Shown: positions 1 through 11,099 of the stretch, piece after piece | Layout of the letters: each line of letters begins with the position of its first letter | How positions within the stretch are numbered: the first letter of the stretch is position 1 | NCBI GenBank assembly: GCA_046562895.1 | Contig: CM102164.1 | Location: 32,843,842-32,907,841, forward strand | Origin: Trichechus inunguis | Lineage: Eukaryota | Direction of reading: 5' to 3' | DNA: 64,000 nt | Position numbers and translations under genes: made by a program | Notes under the pieces: model-generated | The model's database searches: none | Told to the model about the DNA's origin: nothing | What the model saw: only the letters and a program-made list of their open reading frames with translations

Positions 1-892
1 ATTTGGATGTCCTTTATTTCTTTTTCTTGCCTTATTGCTCTAGCTAGAACTTCCAGCACAATGTTAAATAGGAATGGTGATAAAAGGCATCCTTGTCTTG
101 TTTCTGTTCTCAAGGAGAGTGTTTTCAGTCTCTCTCCATTAAGAATGATATTGGCTGTTGATTTTGTCCTTTATTATGTTGAGAAGTTTCCCTTCTATAC
201 CTATTTTATTGAGAGTTTTTATCAGGAATGGGTGTTGGACTTTTTTGAATGCCTTTTCTGCATCAATTGAGATGATCATGTGATTCTTTTCTTTCCTTTT
301 ATTTATGTGGTGGATTACATTGATTGATTTTCTAATGTTGAACCATCCTTGCCTACCTGGAATGAATTCTACTTGGTCGTGGTGTATTTTTTTTTTTTGA
401 TATGATGCTGAATTCTATTGGTTAGAATTTCATTGAGAATTTTTGCATCTGTATTCATGAGAGATATTGGTCTGTAATTTTATTTTCTTGTGCCATTTTT
501 GCCTGGTTTTGGTATCAGGGTTATGCTGGCTTCATAGAATGAATTCGGAAGTTTTGCTTCCTTTTGTATGTTCTGAAATAGTTTAAGTAGTACTGGTACA
601 AGCTCTTCTGTGAATGTTTTGTAGAATTTTCCAGTGAAGCCATCTGGGCCAGAGCTTTTTTTTTTGTTGGGAGTTTTTTTTATTACCTTTTTAATCTCTT
701 CTCTTGTTATGGGTCTGTTCAGATTTTCAACATCACTTTGTTGTGGTTTGGGGAGGTAGTGTGTTTCTAGAAATTTATCCATTTCCTCTAGGTGTTCAAA
801 TTTGTTGGCATATAGTTTTTCATAATATTCTGTTATGATCCTTTTTATTTCAGTTGGGTCTGTTGTAATGTCACCCATTTCTTTTCCTTTTT
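1..892 (-). mobile_element. L1 ORF2 fragment (Z-domain to RT core), 5' and 3' truncated
   Basis: Minus ORF 480..968 translates to ...[59 protein letters not shown], typical of L1 ORF2 just upstream of the RT domain. Plus ORF 7..270 (..[11 protein letters not shown]..) is the characteristic antisense reading of the L1 RT region (sense [11 protein letters not shown]). Confidence 0.85.
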
Positions 893-1020
893 TTTTAAAT
901 TTTTTTTTATTGTACTTAGATGAAGGTTTACAGAACAAATAGTTTCTCATTAAACAGTCAGTACACATATCGTTTTATGACATTGGTTAACAACCCCATG
1001 ACATGTCAACGCTCTCCCTT
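893..1020 (-). mobile_element. Severely 5'-truncated L1 3' terminus (about 115 bp plus poly-A), inserted into the preceding L1
   Basis: Poly-T on the plus strand at 893-912 followed by ttgtacttagatgaaggtttacagaacaaatagtttctcattaaacag. The same terminal unit recurs at 1273, 4161, 19352 and 30296, always directly after a poly-T. Confidence 0.6.
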
Positions 1021-1026
1021 CTTGAC

Positions 1027-1230
1027 CCTGGAGGACATTTTTTTTGGTGAAAATATACATAGCCAAAGTCACACCATTTCAAGTTTCTACATGTACAATT
1101 TAGTGACATCGATTACATCCTTCCAGTTGTGCTGCTATTCTCACTATCCTTTTCCAAATTATTCCATCACCATTGTCTTCAACTTACTGCCCCCTAGGCT
1201 TCCCATCAAACCTTCTAAGTTGCTCTTGTC
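1027..1230 (-). mobile_element. Older L1 3'UTR fragment (antisense)
   Basis: Poly-T then ggtgaaaatatacatagcc..tacatgtacaatttagtgacatcgattacatcc, similar to the antisense 3'UTR starts at 14896 and 16975 (cacatatacaattcagtgacattag / tacgtgtacaattcgatgacattgattacac). Confidence 0.4.
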
Positions 1231-1254
1231 AATTTGATCTCACATAGATAATTC

Positions 1255-1715
1255 TTTTTTTTTTTTTTTGTACCTTAGATGAAAGTTTGCATTAAACAGC
1301 ACACATATTGCCCTATGACAATGGTTAACAACTCCATGACATGTCAACACTGTCCCTTCTCAACCTTGGGTTCCCTATCACCAGCTTTCCTGTCCCCTTC
1401 TGCCTTCTAGTCCTTGTCCATGGACTGCTGAGCCTCATCAGTCCCATTTTGTTTTATGAGGCTGTCCAATCTCCGGCTGAATGGTGAACTTTGGGAGTGA
1501 CTTCACCACGGAGCTAAAAGGGTGTCTGGGGGCCATACTCTTGGGGTTTCTTCAGTCTGTCAGGCCAATAAATCTAGTCTTTTATGAGTTATAATTTTGT
1601 TTTACATCCTTCTCCAGCTCTGTCTAGGACCCTCTATTGTGATCCCGGTCAGAGCAGTCAGTGATGGTAGCCGGGCACCTTCTAGCTGTACTGGACTCAG
1701 TCATCTGATGTGATT
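1255..1715 (-). mobile_element. Young-family L1 3'UTR fragment with poly-A, preceded by a 19-bp tag
   Basis: Poly-T 1255-1272, then about 440 bp that align along their length to 19352-19800 (the L1 3'UTR below the ORF2 stop of copy A). The tag gatctcacatagataattc lies immediately 5' of the poly-T at 1236-1254, identical to 19314-19332. Confidence 0.7.
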
Positions 1716-1724
1716 TCCCTATGT

Positions 1725-2135
1725 GTTGTAAATCCTATCACTATAGTGTTAATGAGATAGATTAGCCACAGTTATAGTGATGAGACTTGCAAGATTAGAT
1801 AGTGTCTTGAGCTAATCTCTTTTGAGATATGAAAGAGAGAAGTGAGCAGGGAGACATAGGGAACTCATACCACCAAGAAAGCAGCACCAGTTGCAGAGCT
1901 TGTCCTTTGGACTCAGGGTTCCTGTGCAGAGAAGCTCCTAGACCAAGGAAGACTGATGACAAGGACCTTACTCCAGAGTGAACAGAGAGAGAAAGTGTTC
2001 CCCTGGAGCTGACGCCCTGAGTTTGGACTTGTAGCCTACTGACTGTGAGAGAATATATTTCTCTTTGTTAAAGCCATCCATTTGTGGTATTTCTGTTACA
2101 GCAGCACTAGATGACTAAGACAGTCAGCCTCCCAG
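1725..2135 (+). mobile_element. LTR-like interspersed repeat (called family Y here), 5' truncated
   Basis: Aligns to the 3' 400 bp of the copies at 30593-31093 and 52722-53290. Ends with the family signature ...gaatttggactt.tagcct.ct.actgtgagag.ata.....ctgtt.gttaaa.ccatcca.ttgt.gtatttctgtta.agcagcactagatgactaagaca. Confidence 0.6.
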
Positions 2136-3599
2136 TTGTAGTTGGGGGAATGATCACAAGGGGGAGAAATGTTAAATGTTCAAATGCAAGTCTTGGCTAA
2201 GCTCACAGTAACGTTGGGCACTTTCCCCAGGCTATTCTTCAGAGCTGCACCAAATTTATAGCAGGTGTCCTGAGTGAAATCAGACATCTTTCAAGAGATA
2301 ACATACCTACAGACTTGGGAATGCATTAATGGGGACATAAGAGCCTGGTTTATATCAGTTTGACAAATAAAAATCCTTCTGACCCAGTCATCTGAAGTGA
2401 ACCAATCATAAAGAAACCAATAACCATAGTAACCAATTGAATTATTTTTCCCTGTTTTTTAATCCCTCCCCTCAAAAATTAAAGACTTCCCACGTAAAGT
2501 ATCACTCAGAACTTCCTTGTTAGAGTTTCCCTCACTGTCTTTAAAACCCTTTCTTTCACTTCCCAAAAATGAGCTTCATGCCGATTTGGTCTAAATGCTC
2601 CTCTGCTAGCAGATTATTCACTTAATAAACTTTGTTAAAGAACTCTTTGTTTTCTCAATCTGTCAGGCCCATGAATGGGGAGCAGGAACCAGACTGTTCC
2701 AGGCCTGAGTTTGGCAAATGAGTTTGTGCCTATCTGTTTTAACCTGCTGCTTACAGACATAGCTGTTTCTTAGCACAAGAGCAAAGGCATCAGCAGAACT
2801 TGCAAATAAGGCAGAGATGCCAGTGACATGGAAACAATAATGATATTATCTTAATGGCTCTGACATAAAATACAATCATGGGAGGAAATTTACCTTTGAA
2901 ATCATATTCTTAATTTTGCAGAGAAAACTCTTAACTTCCTGGCCTTTGTTGTGTAGTTCTCCAGCATGACTTCTCCCTCAAGGAAGAGGGCCTCTAGGCT
3001 GCCCAGGGAAGGGATTTCAGCTGCCCCTGTTGGGTACCTCTCCACTGAGAAGGCTGCATTTTCAGCTGCAAACTTGCCAACTATGTTAGGGACTTTGAAA
3101 CACCTGATTCTACTCTGAACCTAGTGGCTTCAGTGTGGTCATTTCTCTTTGGTGTTGAGACACAGTGACCTGGAAGAAGCAAAGTGATTTTTACTTGCTT
3201 TTTCCATCTGAGGACACCTTTGATGCATAATCCATGGACTAAAATTGAAAATCCTAAGCAGGGCATTCCACCTCTTCATATATGGACCCAGGAAAACATT
3301 TCTATCACATGCTACTCAGGACCATCAGCTGTGCCAAAAGTGTACAGATTCCCAAATGTGGCATGGCCATGTACATTTTTATGTCTGCTAAGCTGCCAGT
3401 GCCATTTTGGAAAGGTAGGATGGTGTAGGCGTGAGAGGGCAGGTTTTTGTGTCATACTGAATGGTTCAGATCCTGACTACATCATGTATGAGTGATAGAT
3501 CTCAGGTAAGAGGGAGGGGACTTGGCATTCATTGCTTCTTGTTCATGTTTCAGGCACTATTATATTCATGGAAATTAATACTTATGATAACTCTCTGAA

Positions 3600-3720
3600 G
3601 TAGATACTTTTATCCATATTTTACCTGTGAGGAAACCGAGGCTCATAGATGTAAAAGTACTCACATAAAGTCACCAAGCTGATAAGTGGCAAAACCATAT
3701 TTTGCTTCCTTGCCCATTTG
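3600..3720 (-). mobile_element. MIR SINE fragment
   Basis: acctgtgaggaaaccgaggctcatagatgtaaaagtactcacataaagtcaccaagctgataagtggcaaaacc matches the MIR antisense core (cagatgaggaaactgaggctcagagaggttaagtgacttgcccaaggtcacacagctagtaagtggcagagc). Confidence 0.5.
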
Positions 3721-3759
3721 ATATCAAAGTGCTCTCTTTCTTGACCAGAACACAGTACC

Positions 3760-3885
3760 TCAATTTAACCTCTCTTAACCACAATTCTCTCATCTGTAAT
3801 GTAGAGACAATAACTTCATAGGGTTTCTATTAGTAATAAGTAAGATAACATAGGAAAAGCACAGAACACAATTTTCTGCATGTAA
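3760..3885 (+). mobile_element. MIR SINE fragment (opposite orientation to 3600-3720)
   Basis: ttaacctctcttaaccacaattctctcatctgtaatgtagagacaataacttcatagggtttctattagtaataagtaagataacat matches the MIR sense core (acttaacctctctgagcctcagtttcctcatctgtaaaatggggataataatacctacctcacagggttgttgtgaggattaaatgagataatg). Confidence 0.45.
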
Positions 3886-4127
3886 ACGTGGTTCCCCTTC
3901 CCCTCTTGCTGTAGGGATTAAACCCAGAAGGCAGGTAGTATTTGTGGCAACCTTGTCGATGAGGTTATAATCTATTATTTAGGCATTTATTTATTTATAC
4001 TCAGATCAGTTCCAGAAAGAATTTAAGGCACATTATAAAGATATATAGGACAAAGCAAGATAAAAACATAAAGTTAATAAGTAAAGAAATAAGAAGAAAA
4101 AATGAAGGCAGAGTGAAGCTAATATGT

Positions 4128-4372
4128 AAAAACGCATACTCTGAGACACTAGTGGAGTTACTTTTTTTTTTTATTGTACTTCAGGTGAAGGCTTACAGAA
4201 CAAATAGTTTCTCATGAAACAGTAGTACACATGTTGTTTTATGACATTGGTTAACAACCCTAGTGGAGTTACTTTTTGAGGGTCTCCTGCAGGTTGTTAA
4301 TGGACCTCACATTGGCTATGAGGTTATTGTTTGTTTGTTTGTTTTGATGCAGAGAGGTACAACATGCCCTAG
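4128..4372. repeat. Local about 115-bp duplicated segment (filled site), paired with the empty-site copy at 5222-5340
   Basis: aaa[c/t]gcatactctgagacactagtggagttactttttgaggg.ctcctgcag.tt..taatggacctcacattggctatgaggttattgtttgtttg(tttg)ttttgatgcagagagg is present at both loci. Only the first copy carries the L1 fragment. Confidence 0.7.
4161..4260 (-). mobile_element. 100-bp 5'-truncated L1 3' terminus with poly-A and a 12-13 bp target-site duplication
   Basis: (T)11 then attgtacttcaggtgaaggcttacagaacaaatagtttctcatgaaacagtagtacacatgttgttttatgacattggttaacaaccc. The insertion is flanked by direct repeats (c)tagtggagttac at 4148-4160 and 4261-4272. An uninterrupted copy of the host site exists at 5239-5262. 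Confidence 0.8.
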
Positions 4373-5865
4373 AATGCAGATCTCAGAGAATTTTCTACTG
4401 GCCACCGTTATGGAAGGCATTGTGTGTTCTCATCTACAACCGTATAGGGAACAAAGTCAGAGATTCCATTGGTCTGTTTCTTTAGATTATCTTTCGGTGC
4501 AAGCTAAAGGTATATAACCAAATCCCAAATCAGAAAAGACAGTGCTATAAGAGCATCAAATGGGACAGTCCAGATACGGAACTTTCTGATGGTCTTTTTT
4601 TTTTTTTCAGCTGTGACGGATACACAGCCTGGGCAATTTCTTAACTTGCTCAGCAGTAGTGAAATTGTACTACCTGCCTGACAAATACCTGTAGGGTTTC
4701 CTAGCTCTTTCCTTGTACCTTCCTTGATGGCTAAGTGTGAAACTCTATGATGACTGAGGTAGGAGGAAACCCTGTTAGGAGAAGTGAAGAATCTGACAAG
4801 AATATATGCTTTAATAGAAAACTGTCATATACCTGCCTGGGGATGAGATGAGGTAAGAACCAAAGACAGGATCAAGATTACCTGCAATAAATTATTGGGG
4901 ATCTCCTCCATCACAGGAAGGCAAACCCCTAAAAATGACACCTAGACTCTTGCACTGAGTCCTGGCTTTTGTAGAAACCAATCTATAGATTATTGAGTTT
5001 CTTAAAGCCAAGTCCTCAGTACTCATCACTGAGCCGCAAGAGGCTACCCATACCTCCCTGTGATTCACTGATCCTCTTCTGTGTCTGATTCATGGCCATC
5101 TGCTTCAAGTCAGTGTAATTCAGTTTGGCCAACACTTATGTAGGGACTTCTTAGGTATTAGGTAACATACTAAGAGCCTGGGACACAAAGGCCCCTGTCC
5201 TCAATAGGCTTATATAGCCGACTGGTAGCAAATGCATACTCTGAGACACTAGTGGAGTTACTTTTTGAGGGCCTCCTGCAGATTAATGGACCTCACATTG
5301 GCTATGAGGTTATTGTTTGTTTGTTTTGATGCAGAGAGGCACATCTCGAAAACCACTAACCACAGCTGTACTACACGCAGCTCCAGGAGAAAGGAAGGCA
5401 TGTGTGTTTGAGGGGAGAGAATGCTAATCAAAATGGTATTAGAGACAGTTTTTCAAAAAAAAGATTGAACAAGGGACCAATCATAGCAGTTGCTGGCTGA
5501 ATTGAACTACATGATTTGTCCTCACCACCTTCAAGTGGTTGCAGAGTTGGGTCTCAACATAAAGCTGTCCTCCTCCAGCCCCACCCACTCTAGTCTCACC
5601 TTGCAGACACCTCTCCAGTCTGAACATACAGATATTTTCCAGTTAGGTGCCCTGACAATAACTCCTGGTTCTCCTAAACCTGCCAGGTCCCCAAAAGCCA
5701 GTATTAAACTTGAGATTCAAATTAAGCCTTGGATAAATACCAGCTGTCGGAATAATCACATAATAATCATAGTGAAAGAATTCTGCTTGCTAGCAAAAGA
5801 ATTCTATTTCCCATTTTGTCAGTGCGTTGGATCAGAGTATTTTTTACTTCAAAACCATTTGCTTT

Positions 5866-6082
5866 CAAGTGTCTGTTGTAGTGTGCCATTGAGCCGATTG
5901 CAACTCATAGTGACCGTATATGGCAGAGTAGAACTGTCCCATAGGGCTTCCTAGGCTCAAACCTTTACAGAAGCAAACTGCCAGGTCTTTTCTCCCACAG
6001 AGCTGCTAGTGGGTTTGAATCGTTAACTGACCTTTCAGTTAGCAGCCAAATGCTTAACCATTGCACCACTAGAGCTCCTTTT
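5866..6082 (-). mobile_element. AfroSINE (tRNA-derived SINE of Afrotheria)
   Basis: Reverse complement reads ggagctctagtggtgcaatggttaagcatttggctgctaactgaaaggtcagttaacgattcaaacccactagcagctctgtgggagaaaagacctggcagtttgcttctgtaaaggtttgagcctaggaagccctatgggacagttctactctgccatatacggtcactatgagttgcaatcggctcaatggc. Confidence 0.85.
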
Positions 6083-6354
6083 AAGTGCCTGTCTCCTGGT
6101 AATATGATCATTTGAAAATGTGAAAAAAAAAATGATGGTAATGAACTCTGAAGCAGTTAAATTAAAATGCAGTTAGGCTGAACAAATTCTAGTGTGGGGA
6201 AGCAGAAATCCACATAATCTATCGGCAGGAGACCAACCCAACAAACAGATTAATTTCATCATCAGCAATACCCAATGGGACCATCTGGAGGACCAATAAG
6301 GTCCAGGAAAGGATGGTCTAGGAGACATCTATGTACCTCAGAATTCAGTTCCTT

Positions 6355-6452
6355 CATATATATATATGTATATATGGTTATATACATATGTATATATATG
6401 CTTTTATATATATACATATATACACATATGTATATATATAGTTGTATATAAG
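6355..6452. repeat. Simple repeat (TA/TATG/TATATAC-rich microsatellite)
   Basis: atatatatatgtatatatggttatatacatatgtatatatatgcttttatatatatacatatatacacatatgtatatatatagttgtatata. Confidence 0.85.
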
Positions 6453-7002
6453 CCCATTTCTATTGGACAGCACTGCCCTAGACCTTCGTTTCCTTTTCTG
6501 GGGGAAGAAGGAGGCTGAAGTGAGAGCCCATTTCTGCAAATTAGGTATTATAGTTATTGGAAGGCTAAATAAGTTCAAAAGTGCTTGCTCAATAAAATTA
6601 GTTTTCTCCCTGTAGCTAAACTTTATTCTTGGAATAGTGGCCTCCTCCTAGGCTTTGGTAAAAAATCTTAGTGGAGATTAAGGTGCTAGGATGGTGGGGA
6701 TTCTGGGTCTTCTGTAGCTCTAGAAGGTGTGTGATCGTGACACGGGGAATATAAGTCTCCTGAGAGTGCACTGGAGAGGAGAGGCTCATTCATTCCCAGC
6801 CCCTGTCTGACACCTGGAGCACAGACACATATGAACACAATACCATCAGAGGGCACAAGGTTATGATCATGACAATGCATGCTGCCTGACTTGGGGATTG
6901 GAGTTAGTTCACATATACAAAAATCACTTATTCACCTCCACTTTGCCTGGCAGTAGAGAAATTTCAATTGTTTCAAGATCATAATTTTCCCAGAAGAATA
7001 GT

Positions 7003-7180
7003 GCATCCTTTGGACTGGGAGTCCCTGTGTTGAGAAACTCCTAGGACAGGGTAAGATTGATGATAAGGACCTTTCCCCAGAGCTGACAGAGAAAGAAAGC
7101 CTTCCCTTGGAGCCCGCACTGTGAATTTGGACTTCTAGCCTCCTAAAGTGTGAGAGAGTTTGTTAAAGCCACCCACCTGC
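7003..7180 (+). mobile_element. Family Y LTR-like repeat fragment
   Basis: ggactgggagtccctgtgttgagaaactcctaggacagggtaagattgatgataaggacctttccccagagctgacagagaaagaaagccttcccttggagcccgcactgtgaatttggacttctagcctcctaaagtgtgagag aligns to the middle of the Y copies at 30850-31010 and 53060-53210. Confidence 0.55.
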
Positions 7181-9933
7181 AGTTGACTTTGAGGAGACCT
7201 GAACTGTGGAGCAGAAGCCAGCAAAGAGAGATCCTATCTTCTGGACCCACACGTTCACACTCCATGTCCCTTCGACACCGATGTGGTAAGTGCTCTCAGA
7301 AAATGAGCCTTTGCTAGTTCTTTTTGTTCTCTTTCTCATGTTTTCTTAAGTTTTGTTTGGCAGATTTGTTTTGAAAAGCAGTAGTTTGATTAAGGAGAAT
7401 CTTTCTTAGAATTTTGCTTGATCATTTGGTTAAGAGGGACATTTACTAACTTTTTTGGTGAACTGCAGTTTAGTGTCTGGATTCAGGTTCTTGAAACATT
7501 AAAGGGGTAATTTTATTTTCAAAAAGCTCTAGGTCACTATAAGCCACATAATTCGGGCACAGATCGACCAGTAAAAGCCATTAGGGCGGTTGCCGGTGCT
7601 AGTCACATCATGACAGGATAAGGTAGTTGAGAGACAGACTAGAACACTAGGCTGCCTGCCACCCGCAAGCAAGTTCTCGTGCAACACAGGTACATATCGG
7701 TCCAAGCAAAACACTGTCCAAATCCTGCAATGTTCCTCATTAGAGTTCTTTTTGTGACTCAGAGAAAACCTGGGAAATAGTGCTCTGTTTTGCCAAATTT
7801 GCAGAGTGGAATAATAGCTCCTGACCTATTTTATGAAATTTGCAGGGAGAAGGGGTAGCTCTGTACCTGTTTTATGTCACAATTTCTCAATAAAGAATCA
7901 CAGTGTTAAAATTAAAATCATCAGTAGCTACTTTAAAATACTTCACAATTGAAGGAATTAGTATATTTAAGGTCTAAAATAAGAGACTAGGTCTCTAGCC
8001 AGCACAATGAATTAAGTTCAAGAAGAAGAAAACCAAAAACTTGAACCTTAGAGCTTAACATCTTTGATAAATAAGCCTGGATTTCCCCCTGCTACTGAGA
8101 CATTGGTATGGTGTTCATATTTAAAAACTGAATATACTAGAAGTAATTTGAAATTTCAATGACCGCTTTGGGAAAACGAGCTCTATTTGTATTGTCCTTT
8201 CTTTCCTTTTTGGGCAACTTTTTCTTGATGCTCAGGTTTTGGCAAAATATCTAATATTCTTCCATCTGAAGCTATGGCAAGTTAATAAGTTTTATCTAGA
8301 ACCTGTTGTTTCTATTGAATTGAGTTGATCTTACCAAAATGGCTATATACACTTTAAGAAACTAGGATTCCCATATCCTTGTTTTGTGTGGTATTGTCTG
8401 GTGAGTTTATGTGGTCCTTCTGTCTCCTTTTGTCCTGAGAGTTTGCTTCTGGTCTAGAGTGTTGTATGTTAGTTTCTGTCTTGCATCAGATTGGAGTCTG
8501 TGGCTGACAGTTGCTGGTTTTTTAGTAAGACTGCCTTAGAATCTCAGTTATTTCTTCATCCCAGAAAAACTTGTGTCTTGTGTATGTCTTATGATTTAGA
8601 CTTTTAGTAGCCACTTGGAGAAACTTTGATATAAATTGGTCCATTTGAGAAGTACACTAAGATTCTTAAAAGCAAAATTTTTCTAAGTCACTTAAGCTAG
8701 ATATTATGAAATGTGTTTTATTTAAGGAAAAAGGATAATTTTGTCTTAAAGCAAAACCAGCACTACCAGAATAGGAAAAGGGAGGCATAGGACAAGCCTG
8801 GGTGGGGGTTGGGGGTAGGGGTGGGAAGGCTAGCCAAGAATTGATGGATTCATTTACAAAATTGCTAAGGAGCTTTGGTATTTACTGGGTAGATAATCCT
8901 TCAAAATGCCTAGGTCAATTTAAACATATGTAAATGAATTGAGATGACCCAGTCTTGTCTTCCATGAGTCAAGAGATTGAGGGCAGGGCAGGATCAGGCC
9001 TCCCCAGACCCAAGTCTCTGAAGTCATATAGCTCCAGGGAAGCTTTTGAAAGACCCCTTCCAACTAAGTGGAGACATTTCTAAGACAAAAGAAAATAAGA
9101 AAAAATTGCTGCTTTACTATAGTTATCAAAAATTAGGTAGATCCCAATCTTAAAAGAACTTTAAACAAGTTCTCTCTATTGTAGGGGATATCTCAGAAGC
9201 CAAAAAATAAGAACCACAGTGAGACACACCTGAAATGGCCTGGAAAAATATCTCCACTCCCAGCCAGAAACTGAATGTTATATCCATATCAATGAATTAA
9301 TCAGTTGAGCAGAGACTTTGTGATTTCCAAAAGCCAGTTGATAAAATCTTTAAGGGCTAAAATTAGATTAGGGAAATATGAAAAATGGTAAAAGTTGAAT
9401 TAAAACTTAGAATATTTAAACAAACTTTATTTCAACATTTATGTCTTATGATATACAGGCTTAAAATAATTTTCAGGACCTTTTAGGTAACTTACTGGTA
9501 TTAAATTGAGTAAATAGATATTCGTCATAATTTAAGTTTACATACTTCTGCTTTTTATGCCACAAGAGAAAGTATATAAATATATATATATTTAAATCTG
9601 CTAATGAGTGTGTTCTATTTTGCCATTTGAAGGGGACGCACTATAAGAGATGCAACAAAGATAACATTTAAGAGGTTTATTAAAAAGAAATTTATTTGAT
9701 AATGGTCAAAAATTTTATCTGCCTGACTAAAGTTTAATGGTTTAATTTATGAAATTTTAAAAACAGCTTTAATTCTAAATAGCATATAAAACAAAGAATT
9801 GGGCTTCTTGCTCTTAAAATAACAAAATTTTCTTTGATTCTGGGTTGAAGGGTTAATTTATTCTTGGTGAAATTTGCCTTGAAGACAAAAGTTCAGTCTC
9901 TCGTTAAAATAAGATTCCTGAGTCGAAAACCAA

Positions 9934-9966
9934 GCCACGTGGCTTCAGGAAAAAAAAAAAAAAAAA
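9934..9966. repeat. Poly(A) tract
   Basis: ggaaaaaaaaaaaaaaaaagctaagg; homopolymer of about 27 A. Confidence 0.9.
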
Positions 9967-11099
9967 GCTAAGGTTTTGACCTTTAAGGTCTTTGGTTAAA
10001 TAATTTACGTATTGTTTCTCAGTGACCTATAATAAACTCCTGACAACCTTGAACCTTCATGGAAAGTGACAAAAAAGAATTTTATAAAGGAAAAGTGCTA
10101 AAAAGATTTATTTAATGTTATAAATTACATGGAACTTGTTGTCAAAGTCAAGAGAAATGCCCAATCCAATCCTCTCTGGGTTAAAATTTCTATGTTAGTC
10201 TTTTCTTTTATGTTCTTGCCTAATATTAGACAGCAACTGCATAATATTATGTCACAATTTTATTTTCATTTCTTTATTGCTAACTTGGTCACAACTTTAT
10301 TATTATTATTATTTTTAATCCAGCATCATCAAAGCCAATGGCTTGATTGGGGAATTCAAATCATTTACTTATGAAGTTTTTTTTTTTTTTTATTACTATT
10401 CAGGTTAATTAGAGAATTGATAATCTTGGTATATTCTTGGTATATCCTGACTGTACGGTATTATGTCTCAAGATTATTATGCATTATATCTGAAGCTCTT
10501 TGAAAATAAGGTTCATCATTATATTAAGAAATATTTTTGTCTAAAGTTTTTTTTTAGACTGACTTTATTTGGTTTCATTATTTTTGAGGTTAATTTATAT
10601 CAGGTCTTTTGCTTTTAAGAGTATTATTTTTATAAATTAATCATGGCCATATTAAGTTTTGTTATCTGCAGATAAGCTTTTACTTCACTGATTTGTTGAA
10701 AACATTCAACCAAAATATCTCCACACAAAAAGATGAACTATATTAGATTTATGAAAAGGACTGTGACTATACTGAATCAAGATTTCCAGAACTTGTATGT
10801 AGAAGCTGAGAGGTTCACAGACTGCGGCTGATCCAGAATCACAAGGAACAGAAATTAACTATGTAAGACTGAGTAAATGAAAGGATTACCATGAGTTTTA
10901 TGTGGAAATATTGCTGACGTTTTAAGGTCCTCCTTTCTGGATATAAGAAGCCATTTTCCTCTTTTCCCCTAAATTATCTAACTAATGGGTTTAGATATTG
11001 TAACTCTCAAATTAGTAGTTCCTGCTGGTAAATTTAGCAAAGTTGTAAATATCATAAGCAGAGAAGTGTCTGAAGTTCAAGCTATGATTTTACAAAATA

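Noticed and set aside
7-270. 87-aa plus-strand ORF (..[22 protein letters not shown]..); similar ORFs at 33176..33559, 40688..40948 and 63234..63470
   Set aside because: These are the well-known antisense open frames that run opposite the L1/RTE reverse-transcriptase domain (sense strand encodes ..[11 protein letters not shown]..), not independent genes.
2380-2700. Possible solo LTR (CCAAT-like box, ataaagaaacc, aataaactttgtt...tctcaatctgtcaggcc)
   Set aside because: Only motif-level resemblance to a U3-R layout. No second copy in the window, no clear TG..CA termini or TSD. Too weak to call.
7240-7700. NUMT (mitochondrial insertion) or small-RNA pseudogene explanation for the CpG-dense patch
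   Set aside because: I could not match it to mitochondrial rRNA or common small RNAs from memory. Kept as an open finding rather than a call.
8790-8830. G-run ggtgggggttgggggtaggggtgggaagg as a regulatory G-quadruplex
   Set aside because: Sequence-level potential only. Isolated in AT-rich intergenic DNA with no supporting context.
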